This document shows positions 1 through 13,214 of a stretch of 64,000 nt of DNA, piece after piece. A program made the translations under genes and the position numbers. Positions within the stretch are counted from its first letter, which is position 1. Every line of letters starts with the position of its first letter. A model generated the notes under the pieces. The model did no database searches, was not told the DNA's origin, and saw nothing but the letters and a program-made list of their open reading frames with translations. Source of the DNA: Tubiluchus corallicola (lineage: Eukaryota > Animalia > Priapulida); the NCBI GenBank assembly GCA_030141605.1, contig JAQGDQ010000247.1:269402-333401 (forward strand). The letters run 5' to 3'.

Positions 1-86
1 ATGTTTCTTCAGGTTGTGGTTGATATCTTCCTCTGGTTTGTAATTTCTGGCAGCACCATACTTTGCTGGAAGTAACAGCCCAACCT
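1..86 (-). CDS. SBSPON: SBSPON-like exon 3 (partial, runs off the window start)
   Basis: Acceptor ttttcttgcag, phase-compatible; EVGLLLPAKYGAARNYKPEEDINHNLKKH resembles the post-TSP1 segment of invertebrate SBSPON. Confidence 0.75.
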
Positions 87-746
87 CTGCAAGAAAAATA
101 ACTGGTACATGTTTCATATGTAACATACATCATTTTGCTTTTTGTGCACATCCTCGCACTCCCTTTAGAGGCCCACATCCCCTATTACCCGCAGTGGCCT
201 CATACAAAGGTCATTCACTGTCCCTAGAAATTCCTGCATTCTCATCTTGTTCCTTCCCAATACAGAAGGCTGTCAAAAATTGCTCCCCAAATTTTTTGGA
301 ATTATATTTTGCAATTTTATGAGTTATTAGAAATGGCATTGGACAAAATTGTTCTCCTACCAAATGTAAAAAAAATCAAAACTTTTGTTTCCCAAATTAG
401 CCAAACTGAAGGGCGCTTAATAGAGGCGCAACTTCACTCTTCGCATGAAGTCACTATTGACAAAAATTTGTATACTGACATTCTTTGAACTAGTTGTCAT
501 TTTGAACCAAAAAGCATTGCATTTACTTATGATCTGAACCAAAACAAAACTGCCCTACTATCCCCGTGCTACGTATGGTGATTTTGGCTTGAGACGTTTT
601 GAGTTTATTAAACGGACACACACACAAGCACACAGGCGCACCTAATTGTCTACCCATGGACTATCATCGGACTGGGTAAAAACTACTTGGTAACAATTAA
701 TGCATCTTGTCAAGTGAAAAACGTTACTGTTATTGAGAGAAACTAC

Positions 747-938
747 CTTTAATCGCTGCCCTTTCATTCTTGGAGCATTGGAAGCCCATGCAGCCCCTCT
801 TCTCCACTAGGTGAGGACACTTGACCCCACCATTTGATGATTTCTTGATCACGTGACGTGAACGTGTCTTCACTCCGATACCACAATTGCTACTGCATTT
901 GGACCAGTCAGAGAATTCTGATACGTTACACTCTTCAG
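747..938 (-). CDS. SBSPON: SBSPON-like exon 2: thrombospondin type-1 repeat
   Basis: AEECNVSEFSDWSKCSSNCGIGVKTRSRHVIKKSSNGGVKCPHLVEKRGCMGFQC...AIK; acceptor tctcttgcag; phase 1/1. Confidence 0.9.
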
Positions 939-3900
939 CTGCAAGAGACGAAGACACTTTGTTAATTACACAGCGAACAACTTTAAAATTAAATTGACAC
1001 TTGCGGCATGTACATTGCAATATTACATACGTTGTGGATTACGCGGCAACGGCATTACGGCACTACATGATAGTGAGAACAACCACGCTTTGTTGCGTTG
1101 GTATGGTTATGGGGGGGGGGGGGGCGCATGCCGTTTACTTTCGATCCCCCCTCTAAGTTGCCATAGCACTCGTTTAGGGAGGGGGTACGAAAACATTCAG
1201 CATCAACCTTGCTTAGCTTATACAGTGTAGTATGCCTTATAGCATATTATAATAGGGAGTTACTTGAGCCAGTAGGATTAGATGAAACAATCCTCGGGGA
1301 GGGGGGGGGGTTAAAGTTTTATAAAAAAATCCCGACTTTAGTCATTTAATTTTTCAAAATAATTACTATTGCTAATAATTTCATGGTATGTCCATTATTA
1401 TGCTGGTTTGTAAATCTGGCACTCAGTTTTGTCTCAAGTAGCCTCTGATGTCTTAAGTAATCCTGTTTTATATAGCAGTATTTAATTACACGGGGAAACT
1501 AAATGACGAGACAATGTGTTAACTCTCATTAATAATTCTGGTTAATTATAGACTCATTTTCTATTGTATTTTAGCATAAAGAAGTCTAAAATAATTTCAA
1601 TGAAAAGAAAAAACAGAAACGAAAACTTTTATTCTTTCATTTGCGAATATAAAATAGCGCCGGAAACAAATGAAAACAATTCGGCAAACTTCATTTGGGA
1701 ATTACACAGAATCACTCGCTTCAATTTCTCAAACCCTCTTTTCGTATTCCGAGCAGCCTTCAAATAATGGAAATACGAAAGCAGACTAGAAATGAACAAT
1801 TTTCAGTCTTGTTGAGAAGTATAAAAACACCGATTTGTCCACTCATATAGTCTTGGCACGGTACCTCGTTATTCCAAAATTCTATTCAATGCAAAATCAG
1901 CTTTGCGATCGAAGTAAGGCGCTTCAAACATATTAAGACGAAGAAAACCTTAAATAAACTTTGTGTGCAGCAAGAAACTGATTGTAGTTAATGAATCGCC
2001 TTGTACGATCGTCGCAAAAGTTTGCATCACTTTCACGAATGTTTATTTACAACAGTGAATGTTTACTCTGCTGAGATGGAGTTAAGCGCAAATTGCAATA
2101 AAATCATGCTACACGAACAACAAAGCTCCAACGGTCATAAACGCCTTGGCACGCTGCGGATAATTAAACAATGCGATGGATAAACAACAAAGTTCAGAAA
2201 CATCGGAAGAGACGAGTTAACATCTTTGTTTCGGTTCAACTCGTGAACTTCAGAAAATTCTAACTATGCGCTTTTATTCACTGGAAGAGTCGTTGAAGGT
2301 TTAACTCTGTGCATAAACTGGCAGTGAATTAGTACCCATAAGTCATAATAGAAGAATTAAACACATTTAGCACACGATCTACGTCAACTAAAGTTTGACA
2401 TTATTGTCAGTTCATATCGTCAAAAAAATTTCAACAACTTTTCCATTCGATTGCGATTTTAATTGGTGCTGTGCACACATTTAGCAAATGAAAGCTGTAG
2501 AAAAATGCGGACAAAACAAGGTGCCATATCGGTTTATCTCTTGTGTGCCGTATACTACAATAAAGATTTATCTGTATGTATGTCTGCTTGTCTGTCTGCT
2601 TCCCTGTCTGCCTGCCTGTTCGTCTGTTTATGATTGTTCTATCTCTGTATCTATCTATCTATTTATCTGCCTGATACCTAACCAAAAATACCGATCTACT
2701 TAGATCAACCCTACTTATCTGCCTACCTCTGTCTATCCATCTATCTCCAAATACACACTTGCAAACGTTGCATCTGTGACAATCGCTAATAAGCCTGAAC
2801 CACTGAGGCTACAGTAGGTTTGCTAAAATGTAATTTTGAAACGTAGGGAAAGACAATTATCATGCGTCAGTAATGCAATCATTAGCAAGTACAAGTCTAG
2901 TCTAATCAAGTCTAGTAGACTACATTAGTCTAGTCTAAGCTATACACGCCAAAACGCCAGTACAAATGAAGTCAATTAAAACATCCCCAGGAAAGTAATT
3001 AAATACAATACACTACGGCGACGTAATTTAAATCATAAATAAGCCTACAATTTCATTAATTACTAAACTGCGTTTATTGAAGCAGAAAAGACTGTAACAA
3101 CTGAAGTGGGACAGGATGTTACATTAATGTAGACCTAGGCTGCAGTTTATTAAGTACAAAATAAAATAGACATAGATCGTACGTGTGTAACAGTCAGGCC
3201 ATTTCCGTTTGGTCAACAGGTGTTGCCTTCTAATAGAGGACCAGGGCATGCCTACAATTTTTGTTAAATGCAACTGCTTTGGACAGCCAGAAATAGTATG
3301 TGTCCTAAGCACGCTCATCTAGTCAACTTCTCTGGCAAAGGACAACGATCGCAGTTTTCAATAACTTTAATCCTACGAACAAGCTGTCCACGTGTTAGCC
3401 ACGTGTCACCAATTAGCTATGTGCCATCAGTCGTCATGTCAAACAAATTGCATCCACAAGTTCATATCTTCATGTTGGAACAAACATTAAAAATAATTAT
3501 TATTTTCTCAACCTAGGAGATGTTTTTACTGGTAAGAGATAATTCTGTGAATTTTGTTTTAATGCATTTATTACTGTTATAGTTAACAGATCTCCTGCTG
3601 CTCATTTTTATTTGATAATAATCTTTCTTCTCTTAACCATTTCAACATGTAGCGGCACTGACACAAACGTGACCCTTTACAAGAAGCCACGCGGATAATC
3701 TTAGAAGGGAGGAGATTATCAGCTTGCGCCCAGAAGAAGCCTGTGAAATGTTCAAGAAATCCAAGATTTACTAATTTCTACAACCATCGCACAACTTGTA
3801 CAACGAAAAGAACCACACTAAAGAAGAGCTTTTTATAAATGCAATTTATTAAGTCACTAGTTTTATGATGAACGACGATTGCTAGTCAAAGGAGAAACAA

Positions 3901-5271
3901 ACAGAATCGTTAACAAAATATTGTCAAGTATAACAGTTATTTTTAGTTTTGTTAGGATAAACTTTTATTAGCGCATCCATGACACAACACGTATCAAAAA
4001 CGAAAACTGACCTACAAAAGTTGGTTAAGCCTGCTTTGAAAGCTTTCATACAAGCAGCAAGCGTACTATTTAATGCAAATGAAATAGCCTTGTGCAAAGA
4101 ATAGTAAAATTATAAATACTTTTTTAAATGTAACAACGAGATGGTGACAAAAATAGTCCAATCCACACTCTTCGTGCAGGAGTAGGCTGTAAATATACAG
4201 ATCGATGAAATACAGCGACTGTCTTCGAAGCTCATCATCTGGTCTTGGGTGTTGCTGACCGCTTTCTGTGGGTCTATGACACTGTGGTGTTATTAACCAA
4301 TAAGCCCAATATTGCACATAATATGACCTGACTATACAAACAGTAGGAAAAGACTGTGAGATTCGCAGAAAAACAAATACTTTCCCTGGCTTGATGCGGA
4401 AACTCGACCCTTCAAGTGAACACTAGTGATACAGATGTGTGACAGGGTTGAATGTCCTCATCTACCCTCCTTTAACTAGCTCAAATTATCGTAAAATGTC
4501 TTGTGAAGAAAAGGTTGTCTACTTTCCTCTTTCAATAAACTGGGCACGACATGTACAGCTTTTCCCACCTGCATACCTTTTACCATCTTTCTTGTCTCTA
4601 GTGATTTTTTGCCACACAATTTTTATCGTTTGTTTGCCAGTTTATTCCATTATTCCATTATTGATTTTTTTGTTTTTTCTTTCCCCATTTTCTTCCATTT
4701 TCTCGTGATATTTCTTTCTCTATTCCAACTCTTTCATTCTTTCACTTGCCTTTTCTCTTCTTCATATCTTTCTTTTCTTCTATATTCTTTCTTTTCTTCA
4801 TTTCTTGATTTCTTCATTATTACATTTTTTGCCTCATTGCATGCACTTGTTTATTTCCTTATTTTTCTGTAACTCGGCTTGCTTCTTTCCTGATTTCCTC
4901 TTTTTTTATTCGGTTTTTCATTGCTTTTTTCCTTCCATTTTAGCCAAAGAACGTTGCTGTTATTTTTGAAATCAGCGAGATATTTTATTTATTTCATTAA
5001 AAGCTTATTTCAGCACATAGAAATGTCTATAAAAGTTCAAATTTATATTAAGAACTAAGAAATGCCACGTGTCACGCACTATTATAAAAGAGTTGCCAAA
5101 ATTAATAAAAATATAATGGAATTTAAATATACAAATCATCAGGTAGAGAGAATGAACTGATTCATCATCTGACATATTTGAGCAAACTGGGCAACCGTCT
5201 TCGCTACTTATCTGTGATAATGATTACGTCTATACATGTCCTAACCTGAGTATTAGGATAAGAACTACAGG

Positions 5272-5306
5272 CAAGGACTACTATACACGTTGTATAGTAG
5301 TCCTTG
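5272..5306. mobile_element. 35-bp palindromic micro-element with 8-bp TSD
   Basis: actacagg|caaggactactataca-cgt-tgtatagtagtccttg|actacagg. Confidence 0.7.
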
Positions 5307-7039
5307 ACTACAGGATAAGATTATGATTAGCATTGAAATAAAAGTTACAATTATAAATGTCGCAAAAAATGGAAAGGAACGAAGCCAGTCTCTACTTCAC
5401 GGAACTTCACGTTTTTGAGTTTCACTTTTCGAAAATGCCGGCTTGGTGGGCTCAAGGATGGGTTCCACTGGTCAGTGACCGATAAACATAAACAAACTAA
5501 CTGCGACAGTTCGTTAACTTAAAGTCTTTAATGACTTGCGTAAACTGATACGGCACCTAAAACCAGAGTTAATGAAGGATATATTTAGATTAATACGCTC
5601 GCACTTCGTAACCTAGTCAGTGGGACAGGTGTTTGTTTAGATTGTAGTCTGGATATCTATTACGAACTACCGTTTTTCTGAAGTAGAAGCTGCAATGATA
5701 TCCGTCGATTATTGTTTAAAGGAAGGAGTGACCGAGCTACAGTTTGGGTTGTAGCAGTTTACTGAAGACACTGAAGATGATGGTGAGATGCAGATTATCA
5801 AACTACGAAGATCGTAACAATAAAGATGTTTAGGAGACTGACTAAGATTATGTCCCAAATAAAAACAAATATACCGGCGGCAGTTTCAACGTGAAAAGCA
5901 GGAGTTTTGCAAGAGACGTGATGGTACAACAAAGAAAAGCCTACTATGAAATGACAAAATGGCAAATTCAAGAAAGTAAATGGTAATGGGCATTTGTCTC
6001 AAAACATTTTGAAGAAATTTAAAACTTGTTTTTGAAATTTTTTGAATGTGGTGAAAATTTCATGAACATTTCCAAAAAGCACGAGAACTCAGACGGTCAG
6101 AGACAGTATTTCAAGGTGTGTCAGATGGAATAGGCAGCAAACTGGTGAAAAAAGTGCATTCTATGTTCTCGAACTAGATGATAATTTCTCCACTTGTTTT
6201 TATAATAAATCGGTAATTGGGATTCAATCATACGCCTAAATAACCGATATCTGTCAAATAAAGTGTTACAATAAAATGTTAAATCAATGCCAAGTAATTT
6301 GGAAAAATTATTAAGTATTATTATTCATCTTTGGCATTAGAAAATTGAGATTTGCTAATCACTAATGCAAAAGGTAAACACAACTTGGTCGCCATCAGTG
6401 TTACTCACTACACAGTTTCCACTGTTACCGTAGGACGAAGACAATACCACCGAGATCAAGACGATTGCTATCTAAATTTTGTATCTCATATTTTTAGCTC
6501 ACGGAACTTATGCATAGACGCAGACAATGGTTCTAGACGCAAAATTTCTGGAAAACTGATTCTTGGAAATCAATTCTTGGCTTTTGCTCAGTGTGACGGA
6601 CTATTGTATCATGTTTGTCATTAACAATTGGTTTTCCTCGAAAGATAAGTAATTAGGCAGTCTTTCTCACGCGATGGTTCTACTTGTTATTTTCGTCGTA
6701 CGATGGTTAGCTAAATTACCTACCTTTGTCATGCTTCTCTTCCCATACCACCTATCACTCAAAAACGTACTCATACAGCACGTTATTAAATACCAATGAA
6801 GAAAACGAGATTGATCAAAGTTGAACAAAAGCTTGAAAATATTTCTGCCAAATGAAATGGAGGGTCGCTACGTTATGCAAATCCGTAATGAAAAAACTGT
6901 GGGAAAGAAGAATATAAAAAAACTAACTTTCGTGTCAACATTTAGACACTCCTACCAAGTTATTTTACTAAAGAAAGTTAGTACCAAGATCTTTAATTAG
7001 GCATGCCGGTATTTTTACTATTAGCTAGCTAAAAGTGCT

Positions 7040-8008
7040 CGGTAAAAATGGCACAGTAAAAATGGCAAAGAAACAATGGTACGGAGAGAAAAGACACAAA
7101 ATGGAAAAATAGGAAAAAAGGCACACTTAATAAAATGTTACTGTTAGGGATAATTATCCCTGTCAAGGTAGTTATAGTTTTTATGCAGTTTGTTAGTCTT
7201 GTAGTTTATGATTATGATTGACTATGATTACCTCTGTCAAACAGATATGTTTTCATCACCGTTGATTTGTTAGTTAGTTAACATGATTACGCAAAAGTTA
7301 CTTAACAGGTTTTCGCGAAACTTTGTAGAGAAGTTGGGTACGTAGGATAAGCAAAACGAATTTAGTGACAGGGAGGGGCAAAAAATTGCGAAAATGACTG
7401 TTTTTTATTATTTTTGGCAAAAGTTGTTATCTAGAATATCGTGCACTCTTGGAGTGGGAGGGGAATTTTATAACTTTTTGAAGAGTAGGAACTTGTTTAA
7501 AAGATAAGGTAAAGGTAATAAATATCCCCGCCAGGACGAACGACTTTAGAGTTAATTCCAGAAGACTTCTCGCTTGGAAAGCTATGCAGCGGCGTAGAGC
7601 TGTCTATGCGTTTTGCTTATGTGTATCTTTACAAGCTAACTACAGTATGTAAATATCTGTCAGTCTACATTATCAATGTCAAAATGGTCTAAGAACTGTA
7701 GACAAAACATTCAGTACCTAGGATATTTATGCACTGTTGATTATAATTGTATTTTACGAACAAAATATTTTGTGGGTTATTTCGCTACTCTATATAATTA
7801 TTCTTCAACCATTTGTATGTTTATCTGTTCATCTTTGTTTTATGTTTTATCCTATCAAAAAAATCACACTAACATGTATAGAATTGTTTGGTTTTAACGG
7901 AAGTCTATTTCCTACTGGGTACATTTTAATTTACACAGGCGTCTTTTTCCTGCTTTTCCATTTGTGCCCTTTTTTCCGTGCCATTCTGTCCTGTACCATT
8001 TTTTGCCT
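7040..8008. mobile_element. Non-autonomous DNA element with ~100-bp imperfect terminal inverted repeats
   Basis: 7040-7140 (ggtaaaaatggcacag...aaatggaaaaataggaaaaaagg...taaaatgttac) is the reverse complement of 7919-8008; TIRs are built of AAAATGGCAC subrepeats. Confidence 0.65.
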
Positions 8009-9370
8009 ACATTCAATATTCATACGATCATACGAAATGAACTATGTCACCAAGTTGTATCATTGCGTAACTGGTAACTAAACAGCGATACAAGACGTAT
8101 GTTATTCAACAGCAAACTATCATTGCAAGGTAAAAAACTTTGTTATATTTTCTTACCTGATTTCCGTTATGTCCATGACGTCTCGTCACGTTACGTTATA
8201 AAACATTGTGTTATTTTATCTCTATATACATCACATTTCGAAAAACAATGAGATTTCAAATATGCAAGATTTAAAAAAATGCCTTTAATTTAACGATTGG
8301 GACATTGAAAGCAATAACTGCTGATAATTTCGGAATTTTCGGTATCGATTTTTCACTTTGTAATGCTAATGTCACGCCCCTTATTTATACCCACAAAGTA
8401 ATTATGTCAGCACGCATTACAAGTGATTATTCGTAATCGCTGACGCATAGTTTACATCAACAGTGTACATACCTAACTTAGGACTATGTAAAGTGGCGCA
8501 TTGTTTAGAAATCATTTCCTTTTCGCGTTTTTGAAAAAATGGAATATTTTGGTCAAACAAGAGTTCAACAAATTCGTCCAAAGCTGACCTTCAAATATTA
8601 TTTCAGAGTAAATACAGTCTAAAAGAAGGCAAACTGAAACGTCTACTGTAGTATATATTTGCAGTTGCTTTCGCTTCGCAGCATTTTTCACATAGAATTC
8701 AAGCTTCTGCCCCGTTTCATATCTTCACTGAGTTAGCTCGTTAACGGGCACCTCCTCCAGCCCCACCCAACCCCAAGGTCACACCTATTCTCCACACAAT
8801 GACCGCTTATCTAACCAACTTGCACATAGTACACAAATCACATTTACAAGAGATTAAACTGTACCGGATAAGCTGTTTGTTGGTTGGATTAGATCATCCG
8901 TAAGAGATTAACAAACGCGGCAACTCTTGCTACGCCGTTACAAAAGTAACAGGATCACAAACTGCAGCTTGAAAGGCTGGGAGCTTTGAACACCTGTGAA
9001 AAATTAAGTCGCCAGCAATTTAAAGCAAGGACTCGCAGATCTATACCGGACCTATATAGACACAGGGCACATTTCCATTATCAGAAAAACTGTTTGTCAC
9101 GATTTAAATTCTAATTGTTATCGAAATAATAACAAAATCAAAATTCTTGAGGCAATAGATACCAAAAAAATTAATGTCGTCAAATTAAAATCGATCACTT
9201 AATTAATTAATTAAGGCTACTCATCAGTTGATTTATCGGAATTTTGCTAAATTGACGTTGCTTGATAGAGCGCAATCATATGATCTTCACCTGACGTCAA
9301 AAGGCATATTCAGCATTTACCGTATAAACCGAATACGTATTTTGAAAATTTATCTATAAAAAGCACTTAC

Positions 9371-9602
9371 CAGCACAAGTTGATTTATAATCAGCACAAC
9401 AATCCCCAAGTTTTAAACAATGTTCGTCACAGTAACATTTCTCATCGTCTGGTATATCTGGGATAAAATTCAGCGGGTAATTCTGTACGACGCAGTCAGA
9501 ATTTCGACCCGGACAGCACAAACCTGAGTCTTTACAACCGGCTCGGACAAGAAGAATAAAATGATACAAACAAACAACAACAGAAGACAAAAACAGATTC
9601 AT
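9371..9602 (-). CDS. SBSPON: SBSPON/RPE-spondin-like protein exon 1: signal peptide plus somatomedin-B domain
   Basis: MNLFLSSVVVCLYHFILLVRAG-CKDSGLCCPGRNSDCVV...CYCDEHCLKLGDCCADYKSTC; donor G|GTAAGT, phase 1. Confidence 0.88.
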
Positions 9603-9699
9603 GTTTGCACGATAAAAACGCTTAAAAGATAAAAAGTGATACAATCAAGACAGATCTAGGGAGTAACAAACCTATACAATCTAACTACTCATGTGTTAA

Positions 9700-9790
9700 A
9701 CAGGACCGCTTATGAGCATGCGCAGTACTCCGTCGTCTGCTGGCTTCTCGATTTGGTCACGTGCTCAGACAACGGCCGAATGAGGAATTT
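9700..9790 (-). promoter_or_regulatory. Putative SBSPON proximal promoter
   Basis: Locally CpG-rich, 100-190 bp upstream of the ATG; contains GCATGCGCA (NRF1-like) and GGTCACGTG (E-box). Confidence 0.4.
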
Positions 9791-11015
9791 AACATGTGAC
9801 GAGAAAAGAACATGCAAAAACAGAAACTCAAGTTGCTTTGTTGTCTGAAAAGAGTTACAGACAACTCAATGCATGTTAACTGACAGCATGAGAGCAAGTG
9901 AAACTTGTAAAAACTTCAATAAACCAATAATTATAGCTTCGTTATTGTATTAGCACTAAATTTAAAGAACCGTTTCACCTCACTGTATCGTGAAATATAG
10001 CTGGTAACTTGAATTTCTAATTTCTTATCTCAGTTTTATGCAGTCGCTCTCACTTTTACCGTCTACTGCACTCTGTAATGCACTGGCTATTATATAAAAT
10101 TTGTTTGCTGTAAGCCCGACTATACAATAACTCTCTTTAAAAGCATTTTAGCGAACTGTTTGCTTAGCGTTTATGGTCTGATAAATTAAAATCTCCTTTA
10201 AAACTCTTTAACAAAGAAGTCAGCATCATTTCAAAGAGCTCAACTGTTCCAGTGGAAACAGTCTCCCGGATGTTGAACGATTGAAATGAACGAAACTTCC
10301 CTATATTTAGGACAGTGTAAGTCTAAGTGCATGCTTTCAGTTTTGAAAACTTAGCAAGGGGAGTAGCAGTTTAATAATTCTGTAAATTGCTTTGTTGATA
10401 TTTGAGCAATCTGCTCCGGGCTGATTTTATCCGCCCTTTGCGTGACATGAACTGAACTGGTTTCGCCATTAAAATAAAATGTTAAACTTTTAAAATCGAG
10501 CAACGCACTAGGAGTTAAATATGGCGCAAATGTCTTTGTTAAGAGAACATTAACCTGTATCTAAGCGCACGAGAAGACGTTTTTCAATTCCAAGTAAGCT
10601 AGAAAGTCACAGTATATTTGTTGTTGTTTATAGAACTTATTGTGTGATTTGTTCAATAACTGGAGATCTTAATGATCTACAGTTAATTAAATTTTGATAC
10701 CCAACTTGACAGACAGGAAATGTGAAATAGTTTCTAACTAATACATTAATTTGATTAATTTTGAGTGTAATAATTAATTATTAAATTTTAATAATTAACT
10801 GGAGATCGTGTATTGAAACGCACTTTGATCATCCACACCAATGTTGATGCTCCAGAATTGGTTCCTATGCACTATCATGCAGTGCTTGGCTACTAGTATG
10901 GCAAAGATAAAGTCTGGCAAAACGGTGAAGCTTTAATTTTTGTTCCGTTTTGTAGTAGCAATATCTTGACTGTAATGTATGTAACAATGTATTATTTATG
11001 GCATTTTGGAAATAA

Positions 11016-11425
11016 CTAAACTAAACTAAGCTAAGCTAAGCTAAGCTAAACTGAACTGAACTAAACTAAACTAAACTAAACTAAACTAAACTAAGCTAAG
11101 CTAAGCTAAGCTAAGCTAAGCTAAGCTAAGCTAAGCTAAGCTAAACTAAACTAAACTAAACTAAACTAAACTAATCTGCACTACACAACACTACACTACA
11201 CTACACTACACTACACTACACTACACTACACTACACTACACTACACCACACCACACCACACCACACCACACCACACCACACCACACCACACCACACCACA
11301 CCACACCACACCAAACCAAACCAAACCAAACCAAACCAAACCAAACCAAACCAAACCAAACCAAACCAAACTAAACTAAACTAAACTAAACTAAACTAAA
11401 CTAAACTAAACTAAACTAAACTAAA
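11016..11425. repeat. Compound pentanucleotide microsatellite (CTAAA/CTAAG/CTACA/CCACA/CCAAA)
   Basis: About 82 in-register 5-mers arranged in homogeneous blocks. Confidence 0.95.
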
Positions 11426-12371
11426 CCTAGAACAGATTGCCATAGAATTTTTCACCTCCGATTCTGTTAGAATGTGGTCTCAAGTACCCTCAACAAAAAA
11501 TCAGCTTTGGAACTTTTCAGATATACGCATAAATCCAAGACGGCGCCTAATGGCACCAAAAATCAAGTATATCTCCTAAACGATCGCAAGATTCCAGCAG
11601 CAAAACATGTGAGACAGATCGCAGCAAAGAATTTACTAGTCACACGCATGCGCCTTAGCAAAAAATATGCAACTAAATTTCAAAAGTATAAAAAATAAAA
11701 AAAAGTTTAATAGAATCTAACTTCTTTCTCCAATTACCGAACTCCTAACTGGGTTGTGAAAATAATATTGAATTTCGCCTGTTTCTAACATTAAGTTCTG
11801 CCTTTATTATTCTTCGTCACGCATCATAAACGAATTTCCGTTTTGTATATAAAGGCGCTGTAAACACATAAATAAAGCCGCAACCCTCTCCCCACAGCTG
11901 TCCGAAATTAGACCTAGGTCCAGTCTGTCATGTTGAGGAAACTTATTTATCATGGTGCGTGAAGTGTAAAATGAGAAGGTTGTAAGCCGTTGTGGTGCCG
12001 CTTATGTTAATAACCTTCTGCCGCCGTCACAAAATTGTGTAAAAACCTCTCAACTTTCCTCTCTTTGACAGACATTGTCGATAAATCCTTATTTCAGCAA
12101 TGATGATAAAACATATCATCTTCTTTCTCCGCAGTAGAAAAACGTTTTCGTTTTTTCTTTTTTTTTGTACAGTGGTGCTCAGTATTGATCTTCTACAGGT
12201 TCTTTTTTGTGCAATGGAGGTAACCTTTTGTCAAGTTTGTGAGAAATACGAAAATTCTAATACATATATTAGAAATGTTTTCAAAGATGAGTTTTACGTA
12301 CCGTCATGTACATTTACGCCTATGCCTATATGCCTATTTCAAATATCTCTTTCTTAACTTTTCTATTACAA

Positions 12372-12590
12372 GTTGTTTTAAGTGTGTTTGCAAAACTGAC
12401 TTTCTGCACATATCTCACGTAAGAATCAGTGAAACTCATACCACTCCTCGTATTCCTCTTTCTCTTGGGACGCCTCACATTCTGGATTCGACACCTAAAA
12501 TATCCTCCGTAAAGGATTTTTGGATTCATTGTGTCTTTTATGCCAGTAAACCTCATCATTTTCTCATGCTGTTAGTATGTGTTGAAGATG
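12372..12590 (+). pseudogene. TMEM79-like pseudogene relic (last exon only)
   Basis: Homologous to exon 4 of copies A/B. Acceptor mutated (ttacAA instead of ttacAG), in-frame TAA, TAA and TAG stops, and the 3' end replaced by a (GAT)n expansion. Upstream intron similarity to copy A from ~12250. I found no exons 1-3. Confidence 0.85.
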
Positions 12591-12752
12591 ATGATGGTGA
12601 TGATAATGATGATGACGATGATGATGATGATGATAATGATGATGACGATCATAATGATGATGATGATGATAACAACGACGACGATGATGATGATGATGAT
12701 GATGATGATGACGACGATGACGACGATGATGATGATAATGATGATGATGATG
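12587..12752. repeat. (GAT/GAC/AAT)n trinucleotide microsatellite
   Basis: Directly visible; source of the spurious poly-Asp ORF. Confidence 0.95.
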
Positions 12753-13214
12753 AATTAATTTTTAAACCGTTATACTTTCATCATCAATTATTTTCAATTT
12801 GCATAGCAAAATAACTTTAATTAAACCGTTTGATAATATAACGCAAGAAGCCAAGTTATTAGGAAATCACATTTTACGTGTATGTTCAATATTGCGTTTA
12901 TACAATACTATGTAACATTAATGAAGCGAAGTAGACGAAATTTATGCCAGTTCAGTTCACTCAGGTATTCCGCTCTAAGCTGTCAAGCTGAGCAAGCGTT
13001 TACTTGTCATGAAACGATAGCCTAGTCGTTAAAGTGTTCGCTTACAGTAAAAGAAGCATTAGAACACTTCTAATTCACAATCTGGCTCGCACAATATTGC
13101 TGTTGATTGGCGTGTTAAGTCACGAAGTATGAAGCCACGTTATTTAGTGCTGTTCTGATGCAGTTGACGTCTTCTCTTGATATAGTTTTATCGTTGATGA
13201 TGCTTACATTCTGC

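Noticed and set aside
11016-11425. Interstitial telomeric repeat
   Set aside because: Units are not TTAGG/TTAGGG or their complements
12239-12814. 191-aa poly-Asp ORF
   Set aside because: Wrong-frame reading of the TMEM79-like relic plus the (GAT)n repeat
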